NCBI GenBank assembly: GCA_951406725.2
Contig: OX597833.1
Coordinates: 42,966,001-43,030,000 of the forward strand
DNA from: Octopus vulgaris
Taxonomy: Eukaryota
DNA length: 64,000 bases
Direction: 5' to 3'
In this document: one piece after another, positions 12,512 through 27,011 of the stretch
Layout: each line of letters begins with the position of its first letter
Numbering within the stretch: position 1 is the first letter of the stretch
Notes under the pieces: generated by a model
Told to the model about the DNA's origin: nothing
Databases searched by the model: none
What the model saw: only the letters and a program-made list of their open reading frames with translations
Position numbers and translations under genes: made by a program

Positions 12512-12525
12512 CACACACACACATG
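12286..12525. repeat. Compound microsatellite (TAC)n(TTC)n(TA)n(CA)n
   Basis: Directly visible. Confidence 0.95.
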
Positions 12526-12529
12526 CATT

Positions 12530-13110
12530 GATGGACACAGGACGTCACTAATGGTGCAAATAACATAAAATACGTAAACAACGAAAACAAAATGGAGAAC
12601 AGGACAAGTTAACACAGAGAAAGGACCCTTCATAAGTTGTCGGTGTCTATCTACTCCTCATTTCGAGCATTCAACGCCAATACGAGTCTCTAAAGACAGT
12701 TGCTCCCATAAATTCTAAAATAACATTTAGGATTTGTGGAGGGTCAAATTTGGGAACAAAAAATGACAGTGGAGACGTACAAGGAAACCGGTAGAAAACA
12801 AACATGGAAGGTCGTTAGACCAGAATGAGAAGATAATAGTGAACACTGAGGGAAACATTTTTAAAAGAGAAAAGATAGAAGAGAGAGAGAGAGAAATACG
12901 TTCGCTCGTTTAAACGTCCGTGCAGGAAAAGAAAGATGGAGGATGGTCACATGTGAACAATGAGAGAGAGAGAGAAAAAGAGAAAGCGGGGGAGATAGAT
13001 AAAAAACGGTGACGGAGGGAGGGGCAGAAAAAGGGAATTATAAAAGGGAAATAGAAAAAGGGAATTAGATGGAGGAAGAAAACAGCATAGAGTAGAGAGT
13101 GACATCAGAA
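12530..13110 (-). mobile_element. Penelope-like 3' terminal segment
   Basis: Architecture shared with 50655-50945 and 57340-57540 (CAGGAC...CCCTTCAT.AG...TTTCGA); adjacent to PLE coding relic. Confidence 0.5.
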
Positions 13111-13149
13111 AGGTGAAGATAAACTTATCTGGAAATGGATGCGTCCTCT

Positions 13150-13943
13150 TTTTTAAAAATATGTTTCTCCCAACGTTCACTATTTTTTATAACTCTCCTC
13201 TAGCACTCAATAACTTGCCTGATAAAAGTGGCGAGAGATTTGTTCTCTGGTATACACCTTCATTCGATTTAAACGTAAGGTCCTCGCTAAAGCATTCATT
13301 AAAATAGTAGACTCTAATTTCTCACGTAACAACAAGTACCATTCTATCTTAACAGATCCACTTTGAAATTATCCTGTTCATCTACACCAAATATAGAATC
13401 TATTATCATCTCATCTAAGAAACGTAAACTTAGCTCTTACTATCTCAATGCATACAACCCTACCTAGACCTACACAATGAAAACACTAACACCGATCGCT
13501 ATAACTTATCTAATGCCTCTGGCCTGACCACTTTAAACAACTTAAACATACATGATATAGTCCCCACCTCGGAAACTAATGGGCGCGCAGCTGAAACCGA
13601 CGCAAACACTAATGGGCACACTGATACTTACAATACTAAGTATATTATAACCACTACAACTAATAATACATATACTTCAACTACTAATAGGACTGGCAAT
13701 AACATTAATACTAACACCAACGGCAATATTACCGTTACTGAAAATACTACTACGACTAATACTCCTACCACAAACGCAACTACTAATAGCTGCAATAACA
13801 TCACTACTACTATCTCCTCTACCACCGCTAATAGTAACACTACTACCAATGATACTACTACTTCCACTGCTGCTGCTACTGCTGCTGCCCCTCCTCCTCC
13901 TCCTCCTCCTCCTACTACTACTACTAGTAGTAGTAGCAGTAGC

Positions 13944-13980
<37 letters not shown>

Positions 13981-14590
13981 ATGATAATAATAATTACAGC
14001 AGCGATGTCGATAACGATAATGACGATAATAATAATAACGGTAACGCTGACGTTGATATTGATATTAGAAACGATAGTAATAATAGCAGTAATACCACGA
14101 GCGATTCACCTAATACTACCCTAACCACTACCAGCACTACCTCATCTCTCTCTCCAAAAAACCTTCGTAGAACTGATAACTGCAACTGCAGATCCAGGGC
14201 AGACTGCCAGCTGCAAGCCCAATGCAGAAGATTCAACGTTGCATACTAATGCACCGTTCACAACATAGTAAATAATTCCTATAGCTACTATATTGGATAT
14301 ACCACTATTTTAAATAAAGATATTATGCACATTTAAATTCGTTTAAATATAAAGGGAATAACAATTCCACATCACTAGCCAGCCACGTACACCATCAAAT
14401 TAATAGAAAGAAACAATATACACTTTCCTGGGCTATAATAGACTCGGGTATCCCGTATCAGGGCCAACAGTCCATTTGTGGACTATGCTTAAAAGAAGCC
14501 CTCAAGATTTTAACCCATAACTCACCACAATTGGTTAATAAACACAACAAAGCCTTCACTACATGTGAGCACAAATTCTTCCCTGCTTTA
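13150..14590 (+). pseudogene. Penelope-like element C-terminal half (linker + GIY-YIG endonuclease)
   Basis: RFVLWYTPSFDLNV...RSTLKLSCSSTPNIESII, then from 14181 CNCRSRADCQLQAQC..NVAY..YYIGYTT..RYYAHLNSF..STSLASH..CGLCLKEALKI..VNKH..TTCEHK. Confidence 0.8.
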
Positions 14591-15067
14591 AAATTCTTTC
14601 ATAAATCTAGATGTAAGTTCATCCCTCACGAATAGCACCCGCATACAAGCCCATATGATCATTAACACATGCTCCTTTATATCTCATCTATCTCTCGTAT
14701 ATCTCTTATATCTACCTTATCTCATATCTCTTCTATCTACTTTACCTCATCACTTTATGAGATAAATATTAATTAATTTATCCTTAATCTATTTTTAATC
14801 CTTAACCCAATAAATCCCCTAATATCTAAGTCTAACTCCCACTCATAAATAATTTAACATTCAACTAGCTCCTCCATTCTCGACTACCTACACACCCATA
14901 ACCTCATTGCTAAAAATAACTCTACAGCCACTGAACTTAGCCAGAACGAACACAAGTATTTACTACTAGATTTCCTCCCAAACACTGATGGACTAGAAGA
15001 CTACCACCGACACTTACTACTCTTCAAATTCCTTTCATTTTGCACTATTTTCTTTGGGGGTTTTTTT

Positions 15068-15635
15068 TATATCAAGAGTCTATATACGGGGATCCCACAC
15101 CACGAAGGATTCCTTGCCCTCAAGCACTTTCTAGTCCTTCGACCCAACACCCAGCCTGGCACCTCCACACTTCTTAGTCTGGCCGAATTTGTTCTCTCCC
15201 TCTACTGCTTCTCGTTCGCGGGGGAATTTTAGCAATAGTTCTCGGTAGTGGCCATGGGAACGAGAATGGGTCCCAACTATGCGAACCTGTTCGTTGGCTA
15301 CATTGAGGCCCAAATATTTTCAAGATTCCTTGTCCCACTTTCGAATTATGCGGTCGTTATATTGATGACTGTATCGGAGCGACCTCACTCTCCCGCGAAC
15401 AAGTAGACTCCTTCCTCAATTTTTTCCAACCCTCACATCCTGCCCTCGAATTCTCCTGCACCATTTCCAACACTTCCGTGGCCTTTCTCGAGATATCGGT
15501 CAACATACACAACTTCACTCTCACTACTTCCATCAACTACAAACACACAGACTCACACTCATACCTCAACTTCGCCTTCCACCCTACCCACGCCAAGTTT
15601 TCCATCCCCTACTCCCAATTCCTCCGTCTACAGTG
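15068..15635 (+). pseudogene. Penelope-like reverse transcriptase fragment
   Basis: [63 protein letters not shown] with stops/frameshifts. Confidence 0.85.
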
Positions 15636-15666
15636 ACAACCATGACTCAGTCTCAACTCATGTGCG

Positions 15667-15729
<63 letters not shown>

Positions 15730-15734
15730 ATGTA

Positions 15735-16040
<306 letters not shown>

Positions 16041-16499
16041 TATATAAGTATATAAAAAATATATATACATTTTGTATATATATTTATATATATACATATA
16101 CACACATACATATATGTTCAGATACACACATCGATCCATGAATCCATCCATCCATCCATCTATCCACACACACACACTTGCGCGCGCACAGACTCCCCCC
16201 CCCCGCACATATGTACACACACTCAGGAACATAACTTGCTGTGGTCCAGTCTGGAGAGTGATACACTCTTCAAAGTGTAGATGGCTATGATATGTTCTAT
16301 GTGACGATACTGCCCAAGGAAACGTCAGCTAAACAACCTCTCACTGAGACTACATAGCTACCAATAACACAAAATGCAACCAAAATTCCCTTTTGGGTCT
16401 AGGGTGCTTTTATCAGAGCCCAGTCTGTTGCAAGAATTGGAGCCAGTTTAGGTTTGAGAACTTCTATTCTCATTCCTTCTACAATCTCAGCAGCCAGTG

Positions 16500-16633
<134 letters not shown>

Positions 16634-16782
16634 TAAGAAAGTTGGTATGTGAAAGCACGTGGTTGAATATATAGAAAATAGTAAAAAAATTTATAACATT
16701 CTTCAGACATATTGACTCAAATATATATATTTTAACCTTTTAAAACAAGCCTTCTGTAGTTTTTTTTTCACTTTTTACTATT

Positions 16783-16829
<47 letters not shown>

Positions 16830-17243
16830 ACTAGGTCTCTTGCCCTTCTTTCTCCGACTACCATACTATCAACATAATCTCTACATCAAGACCAGCACCA
16901 GCGACACTAGGAATAAACTACAAGTGATAAATAAATTTATATTAAAATGCATAAAGTATTTAAAAGAATGATAATGTACAGGAATAAATATTGAAGTGTG
17001 TGAGTGTACAACTCACACACTTGTATAAAATGCAGATGTCAACAGATGGCACATTGCTCAAGGGACGACAGCTCCAGTATTTTGCTTACGGCTGCAGTTA
17101 CACGGTCTCTCATGTCACCAGATATAATTAAAAATATTTTCAGATTAAAATCGCCACAGGAAAATCTTTATTCTATCGTTGTTGGTAAAAATCTGCTTCA
17201 ACTACAGCTGTTCTAGGTTTCACGAATTTCAATCCATCTCAAT

Positions 17244-17320
17244 TTATGTAGTTTTGTCAAGGGTAGAAGCTGCATTTAAGAGATTTATAGGTCTCTGAAG
17301 ACCCATGAAACTGTCGACAT
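17244..17320 (-). CDS. Candidate terminal coding exon (xVDSFMGLQRPINLLNAASTLDKTT*) of an unidentified gene
   Basis: Strong acceptor TTTTATTCTTGCAG| at 17321; phase-compatible with candidate exon 23445-23636; AATAAA on minus at ~17167-17172; no recognisable homology. Confidence 0.3.
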
Positions 17321-17749
17321 CTGCAAGAATAAAACATAACTAGGAATGGAATTCGAGAGGGTTGACGCTTTTTTACGGATTGAATTGAGAACTGCAAAAG
17401 CACCTATCTAAATAGGACTTTACTCCCTTTAATATATTAATATGTACCTACTGTTGCTCAGCCCAAGTCAACCCTGTTCCCAGAAACTTAGGATCACTAT
17501 TATTCCAGCCGTGACTATCCATTTCTTTTTCATTTGAAGCACATTGTCTCCTAGCAAGTGGCTATCTAGAATGTCTTCTTTTTGTTACAGGAAAGTTCGG
17601 TGTACATTGAAGGAGAATTTGCTGCCCCACCAAACAGGAACTCTTCTTCTGAGACTACTGAGTTGCGAGCGAGATCCAATACAGCTGCTGATGTAGAGTC
17701 TAGGATCAAAATAAACGGAGATAGTTATTCTTATATTGTGGCAATTCAT

Positions 17750-18060
17750 ACCCATTAAAAATAGACGTCTCCACGAGGAGCTATGATGGGGTTAAGGTAG
17801 CGGATCTTTGAAATATATTTATCCTGAAACATTATAAATACGCAGGAGCCTCCATAGCTCCGAATTTTATAGAGATGGAGATGATGGGTTAGTAATCCCA
17901 TGCACTAGGAATAGTCACATTACGGATAAATACAAAAATCTTTATTAGGATTATTTAAGGCGTTTGACTCAAATATAACCATTAGTACTGCCCTAACTTA
18001 AAGATAACCAACTTCACAGGCACAATGTTAGATTGGAAGTCTGGCAAATATTACTTGTCG
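17750..18060 (+). pseudogene. Highly decayed Penelope-like RT fragment
   Basis: DVSTRSYDGVKVADL..YRDGDDGL resembles the PLE motifs DVTMGSYDGAEVCEL..YRDDGL. Confidence 0.5.
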
Positions 18061-18149
18061 AGTAGAGGGGAGAAATATATTTATAATATCAACAATTGGC
18101 AGTGTACTCTGAGATTCATTCATGAATATCACAGTCTGGAGCGAATTTC

Positions 18150-19725
18150 GAGATTAACTTTGCGTATCATTCTTCTGGAATCGAGAAAATAAAGTACCTG
18201 TCATATACTGTGACCAATTTTATGTTCTTATAAAAAAATCCATATTATCAATAGAATTATAATGGAAGAGGGGACTCTTTCTTTTAACAGTACTTCAACA
18301 CTTTGAAGACGGCAAACTGGCCGAACCGTTAGCACGCTGAGTAAAATGTTTAGAGGCATTTCGTCTGTCACTGCGTGCTGAGTTCAAATTTTGCCGAAGT
18401 CAACTTTACCTTTCAGCGTTTCGGGGTCGATAAAATAAGTACCAGTTGAACACTGAGGTCAATGTAATCGACTTCCGCCCCTACCCCAAAATTGCCGGCC
18501 TTGTGCCAAAACTTGAAATCAACATTTCAATACTTTAGCGTGGCAGGTTGGCAAAATAGTTAAAGCGTCAAAAAAATACTTTGCGGTATTTTTTCTAGCT
18601 CATTAAATTCTGAGTTCAAATTCCGCTGAGATTGACTGCCTTTTATATTTTCGGGACCGGTAAAACCTGTACCAGTTAAGTAACGGGGTTAATGTAATCG
18701 ATTAATCTTCTGCCTCCAAAATTGCTGCCCCTGTGCCAAAATTTGAAAGCATTATTTCTATACATCAAGACGGCAAGCTGTTAAAATCATTAGAGCACCG
18801 GAAAAATGCTTCACGGCATTTCTCCAGATCATTACATTCTAAGTTCAAATTACACAGAGGTCATCTTTACTTTTCATCCTTTCGAGGTTAATAAAATAAG
18901 GTACCAGTAAAGAACTCGGGTTAATGATATGGTCGAACCACCTCCACCCAAAGTTGTTGGTTTTGTATCTAAATCAGAAATCGTTATTTCAACACTTTGC
19001 ACAGTGTTTAGCAGTATCTGGAGACGCAGAATATCCGTTCCGGTATTTACAAGCGTCAAATTACGTTTTGAGTTCGTACCCCGCCGAGGTCAATTTAGCT
19101 TTTCATCCATCCGGAGTCTTTTAAATGAGCTCTAGCTCTATAAATATCCTACCGTTCCTTCACGAAATTTTTACTCTTGTTTAGACACAAGACTACATAT
19201 TTTGTGATGGAACAGCTGGAAATCATTATTTTTCATAACGACTTTCATCCTTCTAGAGTCGATATGATATATATCATTTAAGTACTGGGATCAATTTAAA
19301 GGACTGTCCCCTCTCCCAAATTTCTGGTTTTGTGTTAGAAATTATTAGAGCGGTGAATTGGCAGAATCGTTAGATTGTCGGATAAATTACTTTGCAGCCT
19401 TTAGTTACGGCTCTTTATCTTCTGAGTTCAAATTCTACTGAAGTCAAAGCAATAATATTCACCCTTCCGGGGTTGATAAAGCAAAGTACCGGCATAATAC
19501 AGGAGTCAATGAAATATATCCGTTCTCTTCTCTCCATAAATATCTGGCATTGCCAGAAAGTACCTATGTAAAAAAATTATTATTATTCTGGTTTAATAGA
19601 AATTCCGCAGAGATCAACTTTGCCCTTCATCATTTCAGTATCGATAAAATAAGTACTGGGTCGATGTTATAGACTAGCCCCACACCTAGAAATTTCAGCT
19701 TTGTGCTTATAGTAGAAAGGATTAT
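18150..19725 (+). mobile_element. Old head-to-tail array of ~7-8 degenerate family-A SINEs
   Basis: Recurring GAGTTCAAAT..TTTCATCC..GGGTCGATAAAATAAGTACC..CCAAAATT units at roughly 230-bp spacing. Confidence 0.8.
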
Positions 19726-19729
19726 TAAC

Positions 19730-20002
19730 TGACACTATGTCGGTTACATCGACGAGGGTCCCAGTTGATACGAAATTAACGTGCAAGTGGCTGAGCACTC
19801 CACAGACACACATACCCATAACGTAGTTCTCAGGGAGAGTCAACGGGATACAGAATGTGACAAGGCTGACCCTTTGAATTAAATGTACAACGTGTTTTTG
19901 CCAGCTGAATAGCCAGGAGCAACGTGAAATAAAGTGTCTTGCTCGTGCCGCCGGGAATCGAAACCGTGACCTTATGGTTATAAGCTGAACATCCTAACCA
20001 CT
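19730..20002 (-). mobile_element. Family-C SINE
   Basis: Reverse complement of the 11430-11530 segment plus tRNA-like head. Confidence 0.7.
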
Positions 20003-20539
20003 TTCCAGAAAGGATTATTACTTTGGTTTAATGGACATAATGAAAGAAAGAGTGTAGAAAATTCCAGATAAACTACTCAGCGGTATTTAGCTATTTTCTT
20101 TATAAGTTCAATTCCTATTTTCACCAATATTAGAAAGCATTATTATATATAGTTTTCATATCATATATTTTCATATGTTATCGGAGGAATTTTGCATCAT
20201 TATCAATTTTTCATAAAACTCTTATCTTGTATCCTCCGTTAATTTTCTTATGAGACTTTCAACGTATACACAGAAAGCGATTTAAATATTTTATATATTT
20301 TTTATATACTTTTCTTTGTTTTTCTGCCCGCCACGATACAATGAGTAAGAGAAGGCAGAGGTGTACAGAAATTCTTGTAAGACAACATCCCACGCATTAC
20401 CATTTTCTCAAGAAAAAAAAAAGAAAAACATCTTGGGATTTACAAAATTCCCAGGATTGGTTTGAATTTCTCTAAAGATATCATTTTTCCTAAATTCTAT
20501 ATATTATCGTCCTACATGTACGCCTGATATACACATAGT

Positions 20540-20624
20540 CACATGCAAACATTCACACACCTATAAATACATACATACATACATACATACAAACATATAT
20601 ATATAGATATACATATATATGTGT

Positions 20625-20702
<78 letters not shown>

Positions 20703-20742
20703 TATATATTTTGTGTGTATGTCTTTGTATATATATATTTAT

Positions 20743-20794
<52 letters not shown>

Positions 20795-20956
20795 TTATAT
20801 ATATATGTATATGTGAATATACATATATATATAAACATACATATGTACAAATACATATATATATATACATATACATATACATATAAATATATATATACAC
20901 ACATATATTTATATATATATATATACACATACATACATATATATATGCATATGTGG

Positions 20957-21006
<50 letters not shown>

Positions 21007-21140
21007 CATATATATATATATCCGAATAAATACACAAATACACGCAGTCACATCTATAAATATACATGAATATATGTACAGTTGTGTGAGAGAGACTGAA
21101 AGAATATGTGTGTGGGTGTGCATGTGCGCATATATATAAG

Positions 21141-21174
<34 letters not shown>

Positions 21175-21185
21175 CGTATATATAA
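20540..21185. repeat. Long degenerate (TA)n/(TACA)n tract
   Basis: Directly visible. Confidence 0.95.
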
Positions 21186-21433
21186 AACAGACACTTAACA
21201 AATAAATATGATTCAGTCATCTCTTCAGGACAGCGTTGTCGGCCATGTTGGTTCCCGTTCGTTAAGAAACACGGTTTACTTCCGGTCGCTGTACCGAAGA
21301 ATGGTGTCACTGTACAGAAGGGAATAATACACAGAATTACTAATTCTTCTCATCCTAAATTTTGACTTGATATCCTACTGCGTTAGCCGACGCCTCATGC
21401 AGTATTATGTAAATGCATTTTTGCCTGCATGAA

Positions 21434-21503
<70 letters not shown>

Positions 21504-21667
21504 GTCTGCCCTATTCAGATTTATTAATACCCAAAATAAACATAGTCATATGCATTCATTATATTTTAGATATTTGCCTTTAAAAACATTCTGACAATCT
21601 TAAATTCGTTCTAGAATATTTATCTACTCATAACTATGTTCTTTTTTTTATTCTTTTATTTTTCTTT

Positions 21668-21950
21668 TTTATTTGTTTCAGTCATTTTGACTGCGGCCAT
21701 ACTGGAGCGCCGCCTTTACTTTAATAAATCGACCCCGTGACTTATTCTTTGTATACCAAGTACTTATTCTATCGGTCTCTGTTGCCAAACGGCTAAGTTA
21801 CGGGGACGTAAACACACCGACATCGGTGGGGGATGGGTCAAACACAAATAGACAAACACATATATATATGTATACGACAGGTTTCTTTCAATTTCCGGAG
21901 CCATGTGATTGGTAAGCAAGCTACTGGCCGCAAAGCCACTCCTGCGCTCA
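21668..21950 (-). mobile_element. Family-B SINE, internally deleted
   Basis: Reverse complement of family-B tail and head. Confidence 0.8.
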
Positions 21951-22024
21951 TGTATACATACATACATACATACATACATACATACATACATACATACATA
22001 ATACACACACATATATATATATGC

Positions 22025-22086
<62 letters not shown>

Positions 22087-22103
22087 TAATAATAATAATA
22101 ATA

Positions 22104-22606
22104 ATATTAAGGAGTATGGCTCCAAACTTATAGGGAAAAATCAGATTTAGGATTAAATCCACTTTCACAGTATAAATATATAAAATAGGAATTAAAGATA
22201 AAACAACTATTAGGCAACTCAAACAGTGATAGACATAAACCAATATATAAATAAGAAATAATATAAATATAATTAATATAATATAATATATATATATATA
22301 AAATTTAGAATTTTATTTAAAAAAATTTTTAAATTAAAAATTTTTTTAAACCAAAAAGTATAAAAAGAATGATAAAAATAATATAATAAGTAAAAACACT
22401 ACGTACGTTTCATGGCTATAATTAAATTCGAATTACGATTATATTTAAATTCAATTGAAATAAATTCGAACTAAAATTATAGTCAATCTTCAGGTTAATG
22501 ATAATAGTTAAATAAATAAGCAAATAGAGTTAAACAATATTCTTTAAGAAATAAAATAATAATTTTTCTTATAAAAAACTCCATTATCTAAATTAGATAA
22601 TTCATA
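22104..22606 (-). mobile_element. TA-anchored hammerhead-bearing non-coding element (PLE-terminus-like)
   Basis: Terminus ATATTAAGGAGT..TCCAAACTTATAGGGAAAAATCAGATTTAGGATTAAATCC shared with 28181, 45399 and 61954; (TA)n on both sides. Confidence 0.75.
22396..22497 (-). ncRNA. Type I hammerhead ribozyme motif (75-nt stem II)
   Basis: CUGAAGA - U UGACUAUAAUU..UUCGAAUU/AAUUCGAA..AAUUAUAGCCA U - GAA ACGUACGU A - GUGU; stem I only 2 bp in this copy. Confidence 0.75.
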
Positions 22607-22749
22607 TTATATATATATGTATGTATACATGTATATTTGCATGCATTATGTTCTTCACTTTTTGTATTTAATGTAGGAAAAATTTTGGCTCTTCGACGTA
22701 CTCCGTAGCAAAGTTGCCAAGGAAAGTATCTTGTTTGAATCACCATCCT

Positions 22750-23400
<651 letters not shown>

Positions 23401-23444
23401 CAATGTATATAACAATGTATATATACGTGCGCATATAATCATAC

Positions 23445-23636
23445 ATCGTTTAGCCAGGAGAATAAAAGGCAATGCCTGTGACAATTTGCTGAACTTCCGA
23501 GACTGCTGGGAATAAAGGAGGAAGATATCCCAAAGCTCAAGAATTGACCTGCATCTTCGCAACACTTTTATTCCCGGTAATGTTACTGAAGGAATTAGTG
23601 GTTGTGCTAATTCAGAAGACAGGTAAATTGTGCTTC
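23445..23636 (-). CDS. Candidate internal exon, 192 nt, phase 1-1 (STIYLSSELAQPLIPSVTLPGIKVLRRCRSILELWDIFLLYSQQSRKFSKLSQALPFILLAKR)
   Basis: Unique-looking sequence; acceptor TTTGCGCATTTTTAG|, donor |GTATGA; one open frame; no recognised homology. Confidence 0.3.
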
Positions 23637-23896
23637 CTAAAAATGCGCAAACAAAACATTTAAAAAAATAACAACAGCACCTACAACTGAACATCACTCT
23701 TAATTTTTAAACTTTCTTTTTTAAGCAATCATGTTAATTTACATGATTACTTAAAATGTAATATTTTTGTAATCAGTATTTTTGATGTGTTGGAAGTATA
23801 CAATATTACTCTTGTGTATGTCTGTGTGTCTAGAGCAGAAAAGGAAAGATTTCAGAAAAAGTTACGTTCTTTCTACGTTTTGCCTTAAAGGATGTG

Positions 23897-23975
<79 letters not shown>

Positions 23976-24201
23976 CTCCTCTCTTCTATCTAAATGTGTG
24001 GATGTATATAGAGGTATGTATATACGTACATGTGTGCGTGTATATATATGTGTACGTATGTACGTATGTATATGTGTGTGTATGTATACATATATATATA
24101 TATATATATAATGCACTGTTCCATGATTGTAAGATCAACAAAAAGGATATTCATCTGGTGAGAGATTAATATTATTTAATAAGCACAATATATGTTTGTA
24201 T

Positions 24202-24285
24202 GTGCTACTATTAGTTTCATGCAATGAAAGCATGACAGAGAGAATTATTTAACGCGTCTGGTGCCTTAGTGCAATCTTCAGACAC
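24202..24285 (-). ncRNA. Type I hammerhead ribozyme motif
   Basis: GUGU-CUGAAGA-U UGCA..UGCA U-GAA ACUA A UAGU-A-GCAC; stem I GUGU/GCAC, GUA triplet. Confidence 0.75.
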
Positions 24286-24506
24286 TGCCCACATGGAATA
24301 ATGGTACACCTGCATTATCCTTTCGGTCTTATATTTTACGGTGAAAGAGGAAATAACTCTAATTCATCCCTTTTGTATATTTCTGTTTTCTTTCGCGTTT
24401 TCCGGTTTTTCGACCTTCCACTTTTTATTGTACTTCTTTCTCGCCTTTTCTTGTTTTCTTCTCTGATTCTATCGTTTTATTTTTAGTTTGTTATGCCATT
24501 GGGGCA

Positions 24507-24586
24507 GTGTCTGAAGATTGCACTAAGACTTCTATGTTAAAAATACTCTCTGGCGTACTTTCAACGCATGAAACTAATAACAGCAC
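24507..24586 (+). ncRNA. Hammerhead motif with mutated cleavage triplet
   Basis: GTGT CTGAAGA TTGC..GCAT GAAAC TAATA ACA GCAC (GTA changed to ACA). Confidence 0.55.
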
Positions 24587-25047
24587 ATAAAAACATACAC
24601 TGTGCTTACCTAACAATATATATATATAAAACAATTAATAAGAGGAATGACCACTAAAGTGGATTCCTATACGCTAGAGATAAACGTCAAAATGCCTTAC
24701 CACAAAAAGTGTGTTCTCAAGAAAAAAACCAGCAAACGCCAAAATGTAAAAAATAAGCAAGACAAATGAAAATTTACAAAATAAAACGATTACCTACGTA
24801 TCATGATTTCATTATTACTACTTGCAAAATGCAAGTATCTGTATATATATATGCATTTTAAACTCTGTTGGACTTTTGGACTTTACTCATAGGATATTGG
24901 AATATTGCATGTATACCATTATGCCTAATAAAATGGATTTACAACTTCAATACCCATACATATCTTGCATCTAATTTCGTTCTTCCACTTCACTCTCTAT
25001 TTTGTATCACATCTAAACTAACTATGACTTAACTATCCTCTCACACC

Positions 25048-25099
25048 GTCTCCGATGTAGGGATATTATTAATAAATATCCTTGAAACAGCTGTAAGAC
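25048..25099 (+). ncRNA. Hammerhead motif with variant core
   Basis: GTCT-CCGATGT-AGGGATATT..AATATCCTT-GAA ACAGCTGT A-AGAC; stems I-III intact, core differs from CUGAUGA at two positions. Confidence 0.65.
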
Positions 25100-25165
25100 C
25101 TTCTATCTATAAATGCTCTAATATCTACCAGCCTTGGTTTTTATCTTATTACGCAAATAAAGTAT

Positions 25166-25244
<79 letters not shown>

Positions 25245-25714
25245 GCAGTACACAGATAAAGGAAAGCTTATGCATGTACAAGAAAATAATGGAGCTTATA
25301 TTTAAAAAAAAAGACTGTATTTAATTTGTAAGTATCAGATTTCCTATGATCATATGTCATTCGGGGAAATTTCGAAGGAAGAAAAAGTTCTTATTCAACC
25401 TTAATTCAAAAGAGCGTAAGCACAGTGGAGAATGAACGGAAATGGCAGAGAATTAATTGTTGAGTCTTCGCGGGAGGCAAGTTGAAGATGAACAGGAGAA
25501 TTGTTAAGAGTGAAAAATTAGCAGAGGAGGTGGGAGGAAGGGAATTTGTGTAAGGACGAAGAGTGTAAAGATACGGGAGGGTTACGACGGAAGTAAGGGA
25601 CGGGTAGGATGGGATGGGGTTGGGCAGGGTGTGGGAATATTGGCCAGTGAAAGTCAGGAAGTGTTCTTTATTGGCCATATTAGTGGCTGAGACAAGGACT
25701 TTGTTTGCGCATTA

Positions 25715-26545
25715 TGTTTCATCTGTTGCAGTCATTAGACTGTGGCCATGCTGGGGCACAGCCTAGGAGAACCTTTAGTCGAATGAATCAACGCCAGTAC
25801 TTATTTTTCTATTTTTTAAGTCAGTTACTTAGTCTTTTTTGCTGAATCGCTAATTACAGGGTAGTAAACCCAACCAACACCGATTGTCAAGCGGTGGTGG
25901 TGGACAAACACAGGCACAAAGATACAGACGCAGGCACGGGATCTTTTCGGTTTGAACGGCAGTTTTTTCTAGCGGTGTCATAAGAAATTGTCACCCATAA
26001 TTATGACCCTAGTATCGATCTATTGCATTTCAATCTGTTTTAGGGTTAGGGTTAGGGTTGGGGATGGAGGAAGGGTATCTTTTTTTCTTCAGAAATGTAA
26101 ATAAACCTAATCTGTTTCTTAAACGAGGGACATATTCATACGGCACAGAATGTTTTCACCTCAATAGACGTCATTGATTGGTTGAAATTACAGAAATTGA
26201 AGAAAAAAAACAACCAATATCTTACAAACTATAGAATATTCTCAATAAAGCGAAGAGAAAAAGATGTTTTATAAACACGTTCTACCAGTATACGAAATTT
26301 AAAACTGTTTAGTTACGTGGAAATTATTTTTAAAAACTGCCGTACAAACCGAAAAAATCCCAGGCACGCGCGCGCACACATACACACACATACATACACA
26401 TATACCACAGGCTTCTTTCCGTTTCCGTCTACCAAATTCATTCACAAAGATTTGGTCGGCCCAGGGCTAGAGTAGAAGACACTTGCCCCAGGTGTCACAC
26501 AATGGGACTGAAACCGGAACAATGTGGTTGGGAGGCAAGCTTCTT
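25715..26545 (-). mobile_element. Older family-B SINE hosting a MITE in its microsatellite
   Basis: Tail at 25715-25930, head at 26410-26545. Confidence 0.8.
25939..26360 (-). mobile_element. Third copy of the telomere-repeat MITE
   Basis: Same TIRs; perfect 8-bp TSD CAGGCACG. Confidence 0.9.
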
Positions 26546-26865
26546 ACCACGCAGCTACGCCTACGCTTTGTATGTGAGTATATACATGCATGTGAATAAT
26601 GCTTTTGACAACGTTCTTGTCTCGGTCGTTGAGCAAACTAGCAAAAACAAAACAAATCTCTGTCTTCAATAGACTTAATATTCCTCGCCGCCTAAGAATT
26701 ATGGACCTCTTTCTCCCTTTGTATATTTATTGTCTCTTTGATTCTCACCTCACCCTTCCCAAATTCTATTCTCTCCAGCGAAATTTTTAAACCTCACCAC
26801 TCCATATTTTTTTTCCTCACTTCCTGAAATATCGACACCCCTCTTTCGCACACGAGTGATTATCT

Positions 26866-27011
26866 TATTTCTTTATTACCCACAAGGAGCTAAACACAGA
26901 GGGGACGAACAAGGACAGACGAAGGGATTGAGTCGATTACATCGACCCCAGTGCGTAACTGGAACATAATTTATCAACCTCGAAAGGATGAAAGGCACAG
27001 TCGACCTCGGC
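26866..27011 (-). mobile_element. 5'-truncated family-A SINE
   Basis: Tail and core match family A. Confidence 0.8.

Larger units (their letters stand above)
24110..24615. mobile_element. TA-flanked fold-back element with two divergent hammerheads
   Basis: Diverged inverted arms ~24168-24298 / ~24495-24615. Confidence 0.7.

Noticed and set aside
23482-23550. Plus-strand peptide QFAELPRLLGIKEEDIPKLKN resembling a death-domain helix
   Set aside because: Bounded by in-frame TGA codons on both sides and too short to support.
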